A stretch of DNA of 64,000 nt from Pristiophorus japonicus (GCF_044704955.1 NC_091980.1:150970001-151034000); one strand, 5' to 3'. Counted from the stretch's first letter, positions 36,915 to 50,470 are shown. Notes: a model not told the origin generated them from the letters alone. Numbers and translations are program-made.

Positions 36915-37294
36915 ATAATCAGGATACTGATGACGATATTGATCAGGGTCTGAGGTCCCCTGTCACTGTCTATCTCCAGCGCTCTGCTCTTTGATCTATG
37001 GTTTATAAAGCAACCAACAAACTTACACTGAGCCAGGAATGGATAATAAACCTCTCTGTAACACGGGCAGGTGGCTTCACGTAGGACGTGAGGGCGACGT
37101 CGCGAAACATCCCACGTCAACGCGTTCCATGTTCTTGCTTGTATGGGAAGTAAAGCCTGTATTACAACCATGTCTTCCCTGTATTGGTTTATGTAATGCA
37201 TATGTGTGTGTGTTTATTAAACTGTTCTAGTTCACTAAAGCGATTAACCCTGTCGCACCATTTATGCCAGTTGAATCTTCAGTAAATAAGGGGC

Positions 37295-37815
37295 AGCAGC
37301 TGCTCGAGGCCATAAAAGGAGGAGCGTGCGGCAGCCCTGGAGCAACGTGGTGGGCCATTGCAAGGGACAGCACGTACTGGTGCAGAGGGCGACTGGATTG
37401 GACATCACCATAACCCAGGTCACTGATTGGAGCGTGGGCAGGTACAGCAGGAATGGCGAGGTCGGGGCGAAGGAGTGGTGAGTGATCGTAGAGCGACGTG
37501 ATCGCGGTCCAGCTGAGCCGAGGGCCCAGGGGCAGCAAGGGACCAGCCCACACTGCGATATGTGTGCACGCTAGGTCTGTGCAGCAGAACTGGTCTCCAG
37601 TCGTCTTAGTTAATCCTTGCCACTGGACCAAGACCTAATTCTGTCAAGCCCGTGTGGTGGCTGATATGCAACGGCCACCACATGTTAAAAAAATCCACGC
37701 ACAGGCATCTCCCGCCCTTGAGGATGTAGTTTGGGATACAGAATATTAGGTCCTTCATTGAAACACCTATGAACTCATCCCTTTTTGGTGTGGAAGCAAG
37801 TCATCCTTGCTATGA
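37295..37815 (+). mobile_element. Probable RTE-dependent non-coding retroelement
   Basis: 3' GAAGCAAGTCATCCTTG resembles the RTE end GAAGCCAGTCTTCCTTG at 27788; GC-rich non-coding body. Confidence 0.5.
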
Positions 37816-38624
37816 GAAAAAGAAATAAAGGTACAAAACTTGACTCAGTAAGAATGTTGTCCACCTCCAGTGACAGGTACCGTGAAGAGGCCTGGATACG
37901 GAATCACTTGCAAATCCTGGGGAGTTGTTTACACATAAGATTCTGGACTGACGGCTGTGTTTCCTGCTCTGAATGTTGGCCCACGATGTTCATCCCTGAA
38001 CTCTTCTATAGTGTGTAACAGAGTCCGCCTTTGACACCAGAGCCTTCGCTCCCTCTCCCCCACCTTCAAATAATGGGACATTCCCTCATCCACGACCCAT
38101 CCTATCACATGACAACACATCAGTCCTCTGTGTCTCTACATGACCGAGCCACGAATCATCACCTGACTGAATAAGTCAGCAGAAACTGAAGGCCCACTTT
38201 CCTGTGTGACTCCAACCTGCATGGATAACTCGGTGCCGGGTCAGTGCACAGTGTATTTTGTGAAAGCCCAAAGTGAACACAGGCCTCTGTTCTCACATGG
38301 TGCTTCCTCTGTGGGGTTACCTGAGTTACCACCACCCAGACTAGCGATCCCACTAAGTGCCACCTGAGGGTCATGGGAGCTGGTTGCCTCCTCATGCTCT
38401 GCACAAGGCTGTGGGAGTGAGCAGCCTCCGTCATGGCATCTCGCTCATGGGTAGCTTGGTACTGCCTCCCATGGTCCACTGCGTGGTGCTATGAGGGATG
38501 GCCTGAGGTCTGGCATGTGCTGCTGGCCTGAAAGATGGCAGATGTTTTGCCTGTCATCATTCTCTTCACCATCACAATCTTCCTCCCCCTCTGGCCTGAA
38601 TGGTGAGGTTGTGTGGCCTTCTTT

Positions 38625-40155
38625 AAATGTTGGTGCTCAGACAGATTTAGGTGTCCTTGTGCATGAAACACCGAAAGTGAGCATGCAGGTACAGCAAGCA
38701 ATAAGGAAGGCACATGATATGTTGGAGTACAAGAGTAAGGAAGTCTTGCTGCAACTGTACAGGACCTTGGTGTGACCACACCTGGAGTACTGTGCATAGT
38801 TTCGGTCTCCGTATCTAAGGAAGGATATACTTGCCGTGTAGGTGGTACAACAGAGGTTCACTGGATTGATTCCTGGGATGAGAGAATTGTTCTCTGAGCA
38901 GAGATTGTGTAGAATGAGCCTATACCTCTGGAGTTTCGAAGAATGAGAGGTGATCTCATTGAAACATATAAGATTCTGAAGGGTATAAACAGAGTAGATG
39001 CTGAGAGGCTGTTTCCCCTGGCTGGAGAGTCTAGAAACAGGGGTCACAGTCTCAGGATAAGGGGAAGGTCATTTAATAATAATAACTTTTATTTATATGG
39101 CGCCTTTAACGTAGTAAAATGTCGCAAGGCGATTCACAACAGTGTTACAGATAAACAGATCAATTTGACACCGAGCCACAGAAGAAATGAAGGCAGATGA
39201 TTAAAAGCTTGTTTAAAGAGGTAGGTTTTAAGGAGCGTCTTAAAGGAGGAAAGAGAGAGAGAGGCAGAGAAGTTTAGGGAGGGAGTTCCAGAGCTTGGGG
39301 CCCAGGCAGCTGAAGGCACAGCCACCGATGGTTGAGCAGTTATAATGAGGGATGTTCAAGAGGCCAGAATTTGAGGAGCGCAGACATCTTGTGGGGTTGT
39401 GAGGCTGAAAAAGATTACAGAGATAGGGAGGGCAAGGCCATGGAGTGATTTGTAAACTAGGATGATCATTTTGAAATCGAGGCATTGTTTAACTGGGAGC
39501 CAATGTAGGTCAGAAAGCACAGGGGGTGATGGGTGAACGGGACTTGGTGCGAGTTAGGACACAGGCTGCTGAGTTTTGGATGACCTCAAGTTTACGTAGT
39601 GTAGAATGTGGAAGGCCAGGCAGGAGTGCGTTGGAGTAATCAAGTCTAGAGGTAACAAAGGCATGGATGAGGGTTTCAGCAGCAGAAAAGCTGAGGCAGG
39701 GGTGGAGACGGGCGATGTTACTGAGGTGGAAAAGGCAGTTTTAGTTATGCCGCGGATATGTGGCTGGAAACTCATTTCAGGGTCAAATATGAAACATAGG
39801 TTGCGAACAGTCTGGTTCCCCCTCAGATTGATGCTAGGGAGAGGGACGAAGTCAGTGGCTAGGGAACGCAATTGTGGCGGGGCCCATCTTAAGACAGAGA
39901 TGAGGAGGAAGTTCTTCACTCAGAGGGTGGTGAATCTTTGGAATTCTCTGCCCCAGAGGGCTGTGGATGCTGAGTCTCTGAATATATTCAAGGCTGAGAT
40001 CGATAGATTTTTGGAGTCTAGGCGAATCGAGGGATATGGGGATCGGGCGGGAAAGTGGAGTTGAGGTCGAAGATCAGCCGTGACCTGATTAAATGGCGGA
40101 GCAGACTCGAGGGGCAGTATGGCCTACTCCTGCTCCTAGTTCTTATGTTCTTATG
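38625..40155 (+). mobile_element. CR1 3' portion interrupted by an L2
   Basis: PHLEYC, MRGDLIETYKILKG, RRKFFTQRVVNLWNSLP; tail (TTCTTATG)n. Confidence 0.92.
39075..39875 (-). mobile_element. L2 LINE 3' portion
   Basis: Minus-strand GCAFSCLGPKLWNSLP and SFKTLLKTYLF; L2-type tail ending AAAGGCGCCATATAAAT and (TTA)n. Confidence 0.88.
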
Positions 40156-40249
40156 TTCTTCTCTGGTGTGGCACCATGCTCTGTTGCCCTGTTGTTGCTG
40201 TTGTTGTTGTATTACTTGGGCAGTACAAGGTAAAGACTCAGACATTGAC

Positions 40250-41890
40250 CTGGATTGTGCCGAAGCTCAGAGGGCAGGTTCGGAGGGGGGTCTGCGGTCA
40301 AAATATAAAAGATTGACAGCGGGGCGGTACCCCGCTCTGAACCCGCCTCCGTGTCAGTTTCCCAAGTGCTCGGTCTGCCTGCGCTTTACAGACCCGACAC
40401 TAGACGGCGGGTGAGCCAATTGAAATAGTTAAGAGGGTGTTTAAAGGTAGTAAACAGCATTTAACCACTGACGTACCATTTTTTCAACTTTTTCCGAAGT
40501 TCTCTGCGCTCAGGGATCGCGTCAGGTCATAAGCCGGGTTCTCAATGACTCTCCATTGCTCTGAATCGGTGACAGCTGCAGAAGTGGTATAAAAGCTACC
40601 ATTTCACAGCTGTTCACTTTCCAATGTTACAAGCTGGAGTGTTCAGGATTTGGAATACACTTTTAAGCTTTAGGGAGGTTGGAGGTCTTTGGATTAAACC
40701 CTCTATCCAGTGTCACCTCCTTGGAGCAACCTCTCACCATTGACAGGTCGCTTCTGTCATCTCAACTTCAGCTGCCATCTATTCCAGCAGCATCGGTGCC
40801 CTTGAATAAATCTCACCTTGGTCCTCAGAATCCCACCACGATCAGCCCCAACACCAGCAGCACCAGGCACATTAACATCACCAGCAACAACACCCACCTT
40901 CTCCACAATCACCTGATGCTGCACAGGACACAGGGCATCAGCACCCAACCACATTGCTGCCCAGGATGGTCTCACCATGATGGTCTCACCATGTCCAGAT
41001 TTACTTCACTTGATGCTGTACACCCTGGCTGCCACATGATTCGCCAGGTTGGTATCATGCCACACCAGCTTCATAAAGCATCCCTACAATGCCCAAGCCA
41101 CTCCGTTCACACTCATCACCATTGTGGAGGGTACTGCTATATCTGACCATTCACTGCAACTCACTAAGCCATTTCCAAAGATGCACACAAATCTGTCAAC
41201 GAAGACAAAGTATTGAAATAAAGGTTTCAAAGTTTGATACCACAATAACAGAAACTTTACATGACCATTGCATAAAACACCCAAGTGCCTACCCCTGTGT
41301 GTTGTTAGTTGGTATGATTGCACCAGGATGAGAGTGAGTGTGAGGTGGCTAGTGAGATGGGGATGTGATGGTGTAGATAGAGAGGGATGGGTGGAGGTGC
41401 AAGGTAAGTTGGTGTGAGTAAGGATCTGCAGGAGTAGGGTAGGGAAGGCAGAGTGATGGGGATGAGCTTGAGGCTTTGTACTAATGTTTCGTGATCTACT
41501 GAGATCATTGAAACATTTGCATCACTGCACCCAGCTCCTCCTGACCACATCCCTGCTTGTGCCCTCCTATGCAATGTGCAGCCAGGCTGTGTTGGTGTCC
41601 TGGGGAGGTCTCTTCCGCCAATGGGAAAGGAAGAGAATCTACCTGTGTGCTGGGAGGGAGTGATGGGAGAGCTGGGTGCAGCCGTGCCCCTCTGTGCAGA
41701 ACTTGTCAATGTTTGCAGCACCTCAATACTGCTGAACACTGACAGCACAAATTTCAAAATCGATGTGGACATGGTCCCTTTAATGGAACCAGCTGATGCA
41801 TCATCGAATGACATTGTCAGACCTGCTTCTGTTTAATTGGCCGGGAACCTTGCAGGGTGGGGTTTAACAAGCCCCATCAATGAAAGATTC
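40250..41890. mobile_element. Second decayed, internally deleted Harbinger-like element
   Basis: Minus strand 41490-41700 reads RKRPPQDTNTAWLHIA*E..RRSWVQ*CKCFNDLSRS (Myb/SANT). Plus strand ~41020-41045 resembles the transposase PG.xHD motif. Boundaries are approximate. Confidence 0.6.
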
Positions 41891-41924
41891 TTCAGACAGA
41901 GCGGGCCTGAGCTAGGAGTGGAGT

Positions 41925-42205
41925 CACAGTCCACCACCTACCCTGGGCATTGGGCCCGCCTAGGGGGGGTTATACCCGAGCCACACTGGGTCCACCTCAG
42001 GGTTATATGGGAGGGGGATTATACCCCGGGCCACCCTGGGTCCACCTCGGGGGTTATATGGGAGGGGGGTTATAACCCGGGCCACACTGGGTTCGGATCG
42101 GAGGTTTATACTGGGGTTGGGGTGGGGGTTATACACGGGCCACACAGGGCCCGCCTTGGCGGGTTATACGGGGGGTTATACCATGGGCCACACTGGGCTC
42201 GGATC
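41925..42205. repeat. Degenerate ~45-50-bp tandem repeat
   Basis: Recurring GGGCCACACTGGG..GGGGTTATA. Confidence 0.75.
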
Positions 42206-42224
42206 GGTCAGTGAGATCCATGCC

Positions 42225-43830
42225 CTTGAGTGAGGTTCTGGGGGAGTTCAGTCCCACTCTGTGACGGGTCAGTGAGATTCTGGGGAGTTCAGTCCCACTC
42301 TGTGACGGGTCAGTGAGATTCTGGGGAGTTCAGTCCCACTCTGTGACTGGTCAGTGAGTTTCTGGGGAGTTCCATTCCACTCAGTGACGGGTCAGTGATG
42401 TTATGGGGAGCTGGGTCCCACTCTGTGACGGATCAGTGAGGTTCTGGGGAGTTCAGTCCCACTCTGTGACGGGTCAGTGAAGTTCTGGGTGAGATCAGTC
42501 CCACTCTGTGACGGGTCAGTGATGTTATGGGGAGCTGGGTCCCACTCTGTGACGGATCAGTGAGGTTCTGGGGAGTTCAGTCCCACTCTGTGACTGGTCA
42601 GTGAGGTTCTGGGGAGCTGGGTCCCACTCTGTGACTGGTCAGTGAGTTTCTGGGGAGTTCAGTCCCACTCTGTGACGGGTCAGTGAGGTTCTGGGGAGCT
42701 GGGTCCCTCTCTGTGACTGGTCAGTGAGGTTCTGAGGAGTTCAGACCCACACTGTGACGGGTCAGTGAGGTTCTGGGGAGTTCAGACCCACACTGTGATG
42801 GGTCAGTGAGGTTCTGGGGGAGCTGGGTCCCACTCTGTGACTGGTCAGTGAGTTTCTGGGGAGTTCAGTCCCACTCTGTGACGGGTCAGTGAGGTTCTGG
42901 GGAGCTGGGTCCCACTCTGTGACTGGTCAGTGAGTTTCTGGGGAGTTCAGTCCCACTCTGTGACGGGTCAGTGAGGTTTCCGGGGAGTTCCATTCCACTC
43001 AGTGACGAGTCAGTGAGGTTCTGGGGAGCTGGGTCCCTCTCTGTGACTGGTCAGTGAGGTTCTGGGAAGTTCAGACCCACACTGTGACGGGTCAGTGAGG
43101 TTCTGGGGAGTTCAGACCCACACTGTGATGGGTCAGTGAGGTTCTGGGGAGCTGGGTCCCACTCTGTGACTGGTCAGTGAGTTTCTGGGGAGTTCAGTCC
43201 CACTCTGTGACGGGTCAGTGAGGTTTTCGGGGAGTTCCATTCCACTCAGTGACGCGTCAGTGATGTTATGGGGAGCTGGGTCCCACTCTGTGACGGATCA
43301 GTGAGGTTCTGGGGAGTTCAGTCCCACTCTGTGACGGGTCAGTGAAGTTCTGGGTGAGATCAGTCCCACTCTGTGACGGGTCAGTGAGGTTCTGGGGATC
43401 TGGGTCCCACTCTGTGACGGGTCAGTGAAGTTCTGGGTGAGATCAGTCCCACTCTGTGACGGGTCAGTGAGGTTCTGGGGAGTTCAGTCCCACTCTGACG
43501 GGTCAGTGAGGTTCTGGGGAGCTGGGTCCCTCTCTGTGACGGGTCAGTGAGGTTCTGGGGAGTTCAGTCCCACTCTGTGACGGGTCAGTGAAGTTCTGGG
43601 TGAGATCAGTCCCTCTCTGTGATGGGTCAGTGAGGTTCTGGGGATCTGGGTCCCACTCTGTGACGGGTCAGTGAGGTTCTGGGGAGTTCAGTCCCACTCT
43701 GACGGGTCAGTGAGGTTCTGGGGAGCTGGGTCCCTCTCTGTGACGGGTCAGTGAGGTTCTGGGGAGCTGGGTCCCTCTCTGTGACGGGCCAGTGAGGTTA
43801 TTGGGGAGCTGGGTCCACTCTGTGAGCTGG
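42225..43830. repeat. 41-bp minisatellite, ~39 copies
   Basis: Unit GGGTCAGTGAGGTTCTGGGGAGTTCAGTCCCACTCTGTGAC. Confidence 0.96.
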
Positions 43831-44568
43831 GCTGGGGAGCTGCAGATTGCAGGTATGAGCAGCAGAGGGCAGCAAAGTTTAGGTTTCATACGGTGCAAGA
43901 GAGCCACAGAGAGGTTGCGGACCAGTATTATTGTGACCAGTATTATTGGTCACAAGGCTGAAGTTTGTCTTGACCCACTCCGGGTTGCCGTGGAGACTGG
44001 CGTCAACTGTAAAGGATGTTCTAGTGTCCTGAGCTTAAATAAAGGAGACTACAAATGTATGAGGGCAGAGTTGGCTAATGTGGCCTGGGAAAATAGACTA
44101 AAGTATGGGATGGTTGATGAGCAGTAGCAGACATTTAAGGAGATATTTCAGAACTCACAACATAAATATATCCCAATAAGAAGGAAAGATGTAAGACAAG
44201 GGATAACCATCCGTGGCTAACTAAGGAAATAAGGGATGGTATCAAACTGAAAACAAGGGCATACAATGTGGCCAAGACTAGTGGGAGGCCTGAGGATTGG
44301 AAAACTTTTAAAAGCCAACAGAGAACAACTAAAAAAATGATTGAGAGGGAAGATAGATTTTGAAAGTAAACTAGCACAAAATATAAAGACGGATAGTAAG
44401 AGTTTCTACAGGTACATAAAAAGGAAAAGAGTGGCTAAAGTAAATGTTGGTCCCCTACAGGATGAGACTGGGTAATTAATAATGGGGAACAATGAAATGG
44501 CAGAGACGTTGAACAAATATTTTGCATTGGCCTTCATGGTAGAAGACACTAAAAACATCCCAATAGTG

Positions 44569-44865
44569 ACATGCAGGCCGTGATCCTTACCAACGGATCC
44601 ATCGCAGACCACGTCCGGTCCGGGGTCAAACAGGGCTGCGTCATCGCCCCAACCCTCTTCTCAATCTTCCTCACTGCCATGCTCCACGTCACAGTCAACA
44701 AGCTCCCCGCTGGAGTGGAACTAAACTACAGAACCAGTGGGAAGCTGTTCAACCTTCGCCGTCTCCAGGCCAGGTCCAAGACCACTCCAACCTCTGTCAT
44801 CGAGCTACGTACGTGGACAATGCCTGCGTCTGTGCACACACACAGGCTGAACTCCAGGACATAGT
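44569..44865 (+). mobile_element. RTE RT internal fragment
   Basis: [18 protein letters not shown] and [15 protein letters not shown]. Confidence 0.9.
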
Positions 44866-45010
44866 AACTAGTGGGGTGCTGCAGGGATCGGTGCTGGGGC
44901 CTCAACTATTTACAATCTATATTAATGACTTGGATGAAGGGACCGAGTGTAAAGTAGCCAAGTTTGCTGATGTTACAAAGATAGGTGGGAAAGAAAATTG
45001 TGAAGAGAAC

Positions 45011-47399
45011 ATAATAAGAGCATAAGAAATAGGAGCAGGAGTAGGCCACACAGGCCCCTCGAGCCTGCCCCACCATTTAATACCATCATGGCTGATCCAA
45101 TCATGGACTGAGCTCCACTTCCCCGCCCGCTCCTCATAACCCCTTATCCCCTTATTGGTTAAGAAACTGTCTATTTCTGTCTTAAATTTATTCAATGTCC
45201 CAGCTTCCACAGCTCTCTGAGGCAACGAATTCCACAGATTTACAACCCTCTGAGAGAAGAAATTTCTCCTCATCTCAGTTTTAAATGGGCGGCCCCTTAT
45301 TCTAAGATCATGCCCTCTAGTTCTAGTCTTCCCCCATCAGTGGAAATATCCTCTCTGCATGAGTAGAGGCCCAACCTACTCAACCTTTCCTCATAAGTCA
45401 ACCCCCTCATCCCCGGAATCAACCTAGTGAACCTTCTCTGAACTGCCTCCAAAGCAAGTATATCCTTTCGTAAATATGGAAACCAAAACTGCTCGCAGTA
45501 TTCCAGGTGTGGCCTCACCAATACCCTGTATAGCTGTAGCAAGACTTCCCTGCTTTTATACTCCATCCCCTTTGCAATAAAGGCCAAGATACCATTGGCC
45601 TTCCTGATCACTTGATGTACCTGCATACTAAACTTTTGTGTTTCATGCACAAGGACCCCCAGGTCCCGCTGTACTGCAGCACTTTGCAATTTTTCTCCAT
45701 TTAAATAATAACTTGCTCTTCAATTTTTTTCTGTCAAAGTGCATTACCTTACACTTTCCAACATTATACTCCATCTGCCAAATTTTTGCCCACTCACTTA
45801 GCCTGTCTATGTCCTTTTGCAAGTTTTTTTGTGTCCTCCTCACACATTGCTTTTCCTCCCATCTTTGTATCATCAGCAAACTTGGCTACGTTACACTCGG
45901 TCCCTTCTTCCAAGTCGTTAATATAGATTGTAAATAGTTGGGGTCCCAGCACTGATCCCTGCGGCACCCCACTAGTTACTGATTGCCAACCCGAGAATAA
46001 ACCATTTATCCCGACTCTCTGTTCTCTGTTAATTAGCCAATCTTCTATCGATGTTAATATATTACCCCCAATCCCGTGAACTTTTATCTTGTGCTGTAAC
46101 CTTTTATGTGGCACCTTGTCAAATGCCTTCTGGAAGTCCAAATACACCACATCCACTGGTTCCCCTTTATCCACCCTGTTCGTTACATCCTCAAAGAACT
46201 CCAGCAAATTTGTCAAACATGACTTCCCCTTCATAAATCCATTCTGACTCTGCCTGACCGAATTTTGCTTTTCCAAATGTCCTGCTACTGCTTCTTTAAT
46301 AATGGACTCCAACATTTTCCCAACCACAGATGTTAGGCTAACTGGTCTATAGTTTCCTGCTGTTTGTCTGCCTCCTTTTTTAAATGGGGGCGTTACATTT
46401 GCAGTTTTCCAATCTGCTGGGACCACCCCAGAATCCAGGGAATTTTGCTAAATTACAGCCAATGCATCCACTATCCCTGCCGCTACTTCTCTTAAGACCC
46501 TAGGATGCAAGCCATCAGGCCCAGTGGATTTATCCGCCTTTAGTCCCATTATCTTACTGAGTACCATCTCCTTAGTGATTGTGATTGTGTTAAGTTCCTC
46601 CCCCCACCCCCCCGCCCCCCCCTATAGCCCCTTGACTATTCACTGTTGGACTATTGTTAGTGTTCTCGACCATAAAGACTGATACAAAATATTTGTTCAG
46701 AGTTTCTGCCATCTCCATGTTCCCCATTATTAATTCCCCGGTCTTGTCCTTTAAGGGACCAACATTTACTTTAGCCGCTCTTTTCCTTGTTATATACCTA
46801 TAGAAACTCTTGCTATCTGTTTTTATATTTCGTGCTAGTTTACTTTCATAGTCTATCTTCTCTTTCTTAATCATTTTTTTAGTCGTTCTTTGCTGGCTTT
46901 TAAAAGCTTCCCAATCTTCTGTCCTCCCACTAGTTTTGGCCACTTTATATGCCCTTGTTTTTAATTGGATACCATCCTTCATTTCTTTAGTTAGCCACGG
47001 ATGGCTATCTTTTCTCTTACACCCTTTCCTCCTCACTGGAATATATTTTCCTTGAGAGTTGTGAAATATCTCCCTAAATGTACACCACTGTTCATCAACC
47101 GTCCTGCACTTTAATCTATTTTCCCAGTCCACGTTAGCCAACTCTGCCCTCATACCTTCATAATCTCCATTATTTAGGCTTAGTACGCTGGTTAGAAATC
47201 CAACTTTCTCATCCTCCATCTAGATTTGAAAATCAACCATGCTATGATCACTCATTCCGAGGGAATCCTTTACGAGAAGATTATTTATTGATCCTGTCTC
47301 ATTATACAGGACCAGATCTAAGATAGCCTGTCCCCTGGTTGGTTCCGTTACATACTGCTCAAGGAACCCATCCCTTATGCACTCGATGAGCTCTTCCTC
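45011..47399 (-). mobile_element. 5'-truncated CR1 inserted antisense into the plus-strand CR1
   Basis: RT motifs NYRPVSLTSVVGK, YLDFQKAFDKVPH, GVPQGSVLGP and KFADDTK; tail at 45011. Confidence 0.93.
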
Positions 47400-48692
47400 A
47401 AGAAGGACACAAAAAATCTGCAAAGGGACATAGACAGGATAAGTGAGTGGACAACATTTTGGAAGATGGAGTATAATGTGGGAAAGTGTGAGGTTATCCA
47501 CTTTGGCAGAAAAAATAGAAAAGCAAATTGTAATTTAAATGGAGAAAAATTGCAAAATGTTGCAGTACAGAGGGACCTGGGGATCCTTGTGTATGAAACA
47601 CAAAAAGTTAGTATGCAGGTACAGCAAGTAATCAGGAAGGCAAACGGAATGCTGGCCTTTATTGCGAAGGGGGATAGAGTATAAAAGCAGAGAAGTCCTG
47701 CTACAACTGTACAGGGTATTGGTGAGGTCACACCTGGAGTACTGCGTACAGTTTTGGTCTGCGGGGGTTGACTTATGAAGATAGGGTGAGTCGGTTGGGA
47801 CTATACTCATTGGAGTTCAGAAGAATGAGAGGTGATCTTAAGATAATGAGGGGGCTCAACAAGGTGGATGTAGAGAGGATGTTTCCACTCATCGGGAAAA
47901 CTAAAAGTAGGGGGCATAGTCTCAGAATAAGGGGCTGCCCATTTAAAACTGAGACGAGGAGGAATTTCTTCTCTCAGAGGGTTGTAAATCTGTGGAATTC
48001 TCTGCCCCAGAGAGCTGTGGAGACTGGGTCATTGAATATATTTAAGGCGGAGACAGACAGATTTTTGAACAATAAGGGTAAACTCTTCACTCAACATGCC
48101 CTACAATCTGAATCTTTCCATGAACAAAGTCTTATTGAAATGTTGATGAGCGACTGAGAGTACTTTAAAGGCCCATCGTTGCCCTAGAAGTAGTGGGCAA
48201 TTGGGGCACTAACAACTTCAAAGGGTTATGGGGAGCGAGCAGGGAAGTGGAGCCGAGTCTATGATAAGATCAGCGTTATGATCATGATCTTATTGGCGGA
48301 GCAGGCTCGAGGGGCCAAATGGACTACTCCTGCTCCTATTTCTTATATTCTTATGTTCCACATAGGTGTGGGATTGCACACTGACCTGAGGTCGGCACTG
48401 TCACAGGGCCACCTGACTGTGCTATTTCTGAACTTATAACCTGAGTATTGAACTGTTGTTGTTTGGTACCGGGAAACTGCGATTCTCCAATTCCAATCGC
48501 TGTGTTTCACAGCCCCCACAACGAGTGTGAGACTCGGTTTGCCCGATGTGGAGAGCGTATCTCTCTCCCTTTAGGGACACCCCGAGTTCACTGAGCCCAG
48601 CTAGCGATCAGCGTTCCAGCCATTGTGACCGGCCCACACGTCCTAGACCACGTTGCAGTGTTACTTGTCGCTAACTAACAAGAAAAGGAATA

Positions 48693-48824
48693 AAGACTTG
48701 CATTCATATAGCGACTTTCAGGACGTCCCAAAGTGCTTCACAGCCAATGAAGTACTTTGGAAATGTAGTCAGTGTCATAATGTAGGAAATGCGGCAGCCA
48801 ATTTGCGCACAGCAAGCTCCCACT
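48693..48824 (-). mobile_element. 3' fragment of a DeuSINE-type SINE
   Basis: Homologous to 49953-50090. Confidence 0.85.
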
Positions 48825-49572
48825 ATGTACTGTACAAGTACGGCGGACACTGAGACACACACAGGGTGTACAGTACCAGATGGGAGTGAGTCATTCCCCT
48901 TCACCCTGTGTACTGTACATGTACAGGGGGCACTGAGACACATGGGATGTACAGTACCAGACATGAGTGAGTCATTCCCCTTTACCCTGTGTACTGTACA
49001 TGTACAGGGGGCACTGAGACACACGGGGTGTACAGTTCCAGACGTGAGTGAGTCATTCCTCTTTACCCTGTGTACTGTACATGTACAGGGGGCACTGAGA
49101 CACACATGGGATGTACAGTACCAGACGTGAGTGAGTCATTCCTCTTTACCCTGTGTACTGTACATGTACAGGGGGCACTGAGACACACGGGGTGTACAGT
49201 ACCAGACATGAGTGAGTCATTCCCCTTCACCCTGTGTACTGTACATGTACAGGGGGCACTGAGACACACGGGGTGTACAGTACCAGACATGAGTGAGTCA
49301 TTCCCCTTTACCCTGTGTACTGTACATGTACAGGGGGCACTGAGACACATGGGGTGTACAGTACCAGATGGGAGCGAATCGTTCCTCTTTACCCTGTGTA
49401 CTGTACATGTACAGGGGATACTGAGACACATGGGGTGTACAGTACCAGATGGGAGCGAATCGTTCCTCTTTACCCCCTGTATACTGTACATGTACAGGGG
49501 ATACTGAGACACATGGGGTGTACAGTACCAGATGGGAGGGAGTCGTTCCTCTTTACCCTGTGTACTGTACAT
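48825..49572. repeat. 81-bp minisatellite, ~9 copies
   Basis: 27-aa period in the ORF track; units contain the palindrome TGTACATGTACA. Confidence 0.95.
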
Positions 49573-49952
49573 ATATGTTTTCTAAATCTTGTATTTGTGA
49601 CTCCATAATGGGCAAAGTTTTTAATAATGAATAAATCTTTGCTAGGTTTAATTAAACTGCCATTACATTTAAGAACATTGTACAGCTGGACATTAAACAT
49701 TTATTGAACAGCCGTGCCAAGTATCTCGACTCCCGCTGGCTCATAGTGGAAGAGTCAGTGATCTGTAAAACACCAACATCTCGGAACTATTAAAGGCCCA
49801 TTATATATTTATGCAGGGTGGTGTGGCACTAAGAATAGCAAGCTATTTGACTACTTACTAAATCATGTTTTATACACATCACAACACCCTCTGCTGAACA
49901 GGAAGTGCCTGAACCTTTCAGCTGCCATTAGTGCTGACTTTAATTAAACAAA

Positions 49953-50470
49953 AGACTTGCATTTATATAGCACCTTTCACAACCTCAGGAAGTCCCAAAG
50001 CTTTACAGCCAATGAAGTACTTTTGCAGTGTAGTCACTGTTGTAATGTAGGAAACGCAGCAGCTAATTTGTGCACAGCAAGCTCTCACACACAGCAATGT
50101 GATAATGACCAGATAATCTGTTGTAGTAATGTTGGCTGAAGGATAAATATTGGTCAGGACACTGGAGAGAACTGCCATGCTCCTCTTCGAAATAGTGCCA
50201 GGGGGATCTTTACATCCATCTGAGAGAGCAGACGGGGCCTCGGTTCATCCTCTCATCTGAAAGATGTCACCTCTGACAGTGCGGCACTCCCTCAGTACTG
50301 CCTCTCTGACAGTGCAGTGCTCCCTCAGTACTGCCCCTCCAACAGTGCGGCGCTCCCTCAGCAATGCACTGGAGTGTCAGCCTAGATTTATGTGCTCAAG
50401 TCTCTGAAGTGGGACTTGAACCCACAACCTTCTGACTCAGAGGTCAGAGTGCTACTCACTGAGCCATGGC
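49953..50470 (-). mobile_element. Full-length tRNA-headed SINE with L2-type tail (DeuSINE/SacSINE1-like)
   Basis: Minus-strand A box TGGCTCAGTG and B box GGTTCAAGTCC; tail AAAGGTGCTATATAAATGCAAGTC; internal ~32-bp triplication at 50268-50362. Confidence 0.85.

Larger units (their letters stand above)
44020..48358 (+). mobile_element. Fragmented plus-strand CR1 (44020-44568, 44863-45010, 47400-48078, 48219-48358)
   Basis: Collinear ORF2 pieces LSLNKGDY.., [30 protein letters not shown] and RRMRGDL, then the tail. Confidence 0.85.

Noticed and set aside
28352-36915. Mucin-like TPTL and DPDI ORFs up to 880 aa
   Set aside because: Products of a 12-bp array that is open in several frames on both strands with arbitrary frameshifts; no signal peptide or splice context.
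50395-50470. tRNA gene
   Set aside because: The A/B boxes are the head of a SINE continuous with its body and L2-type tail.
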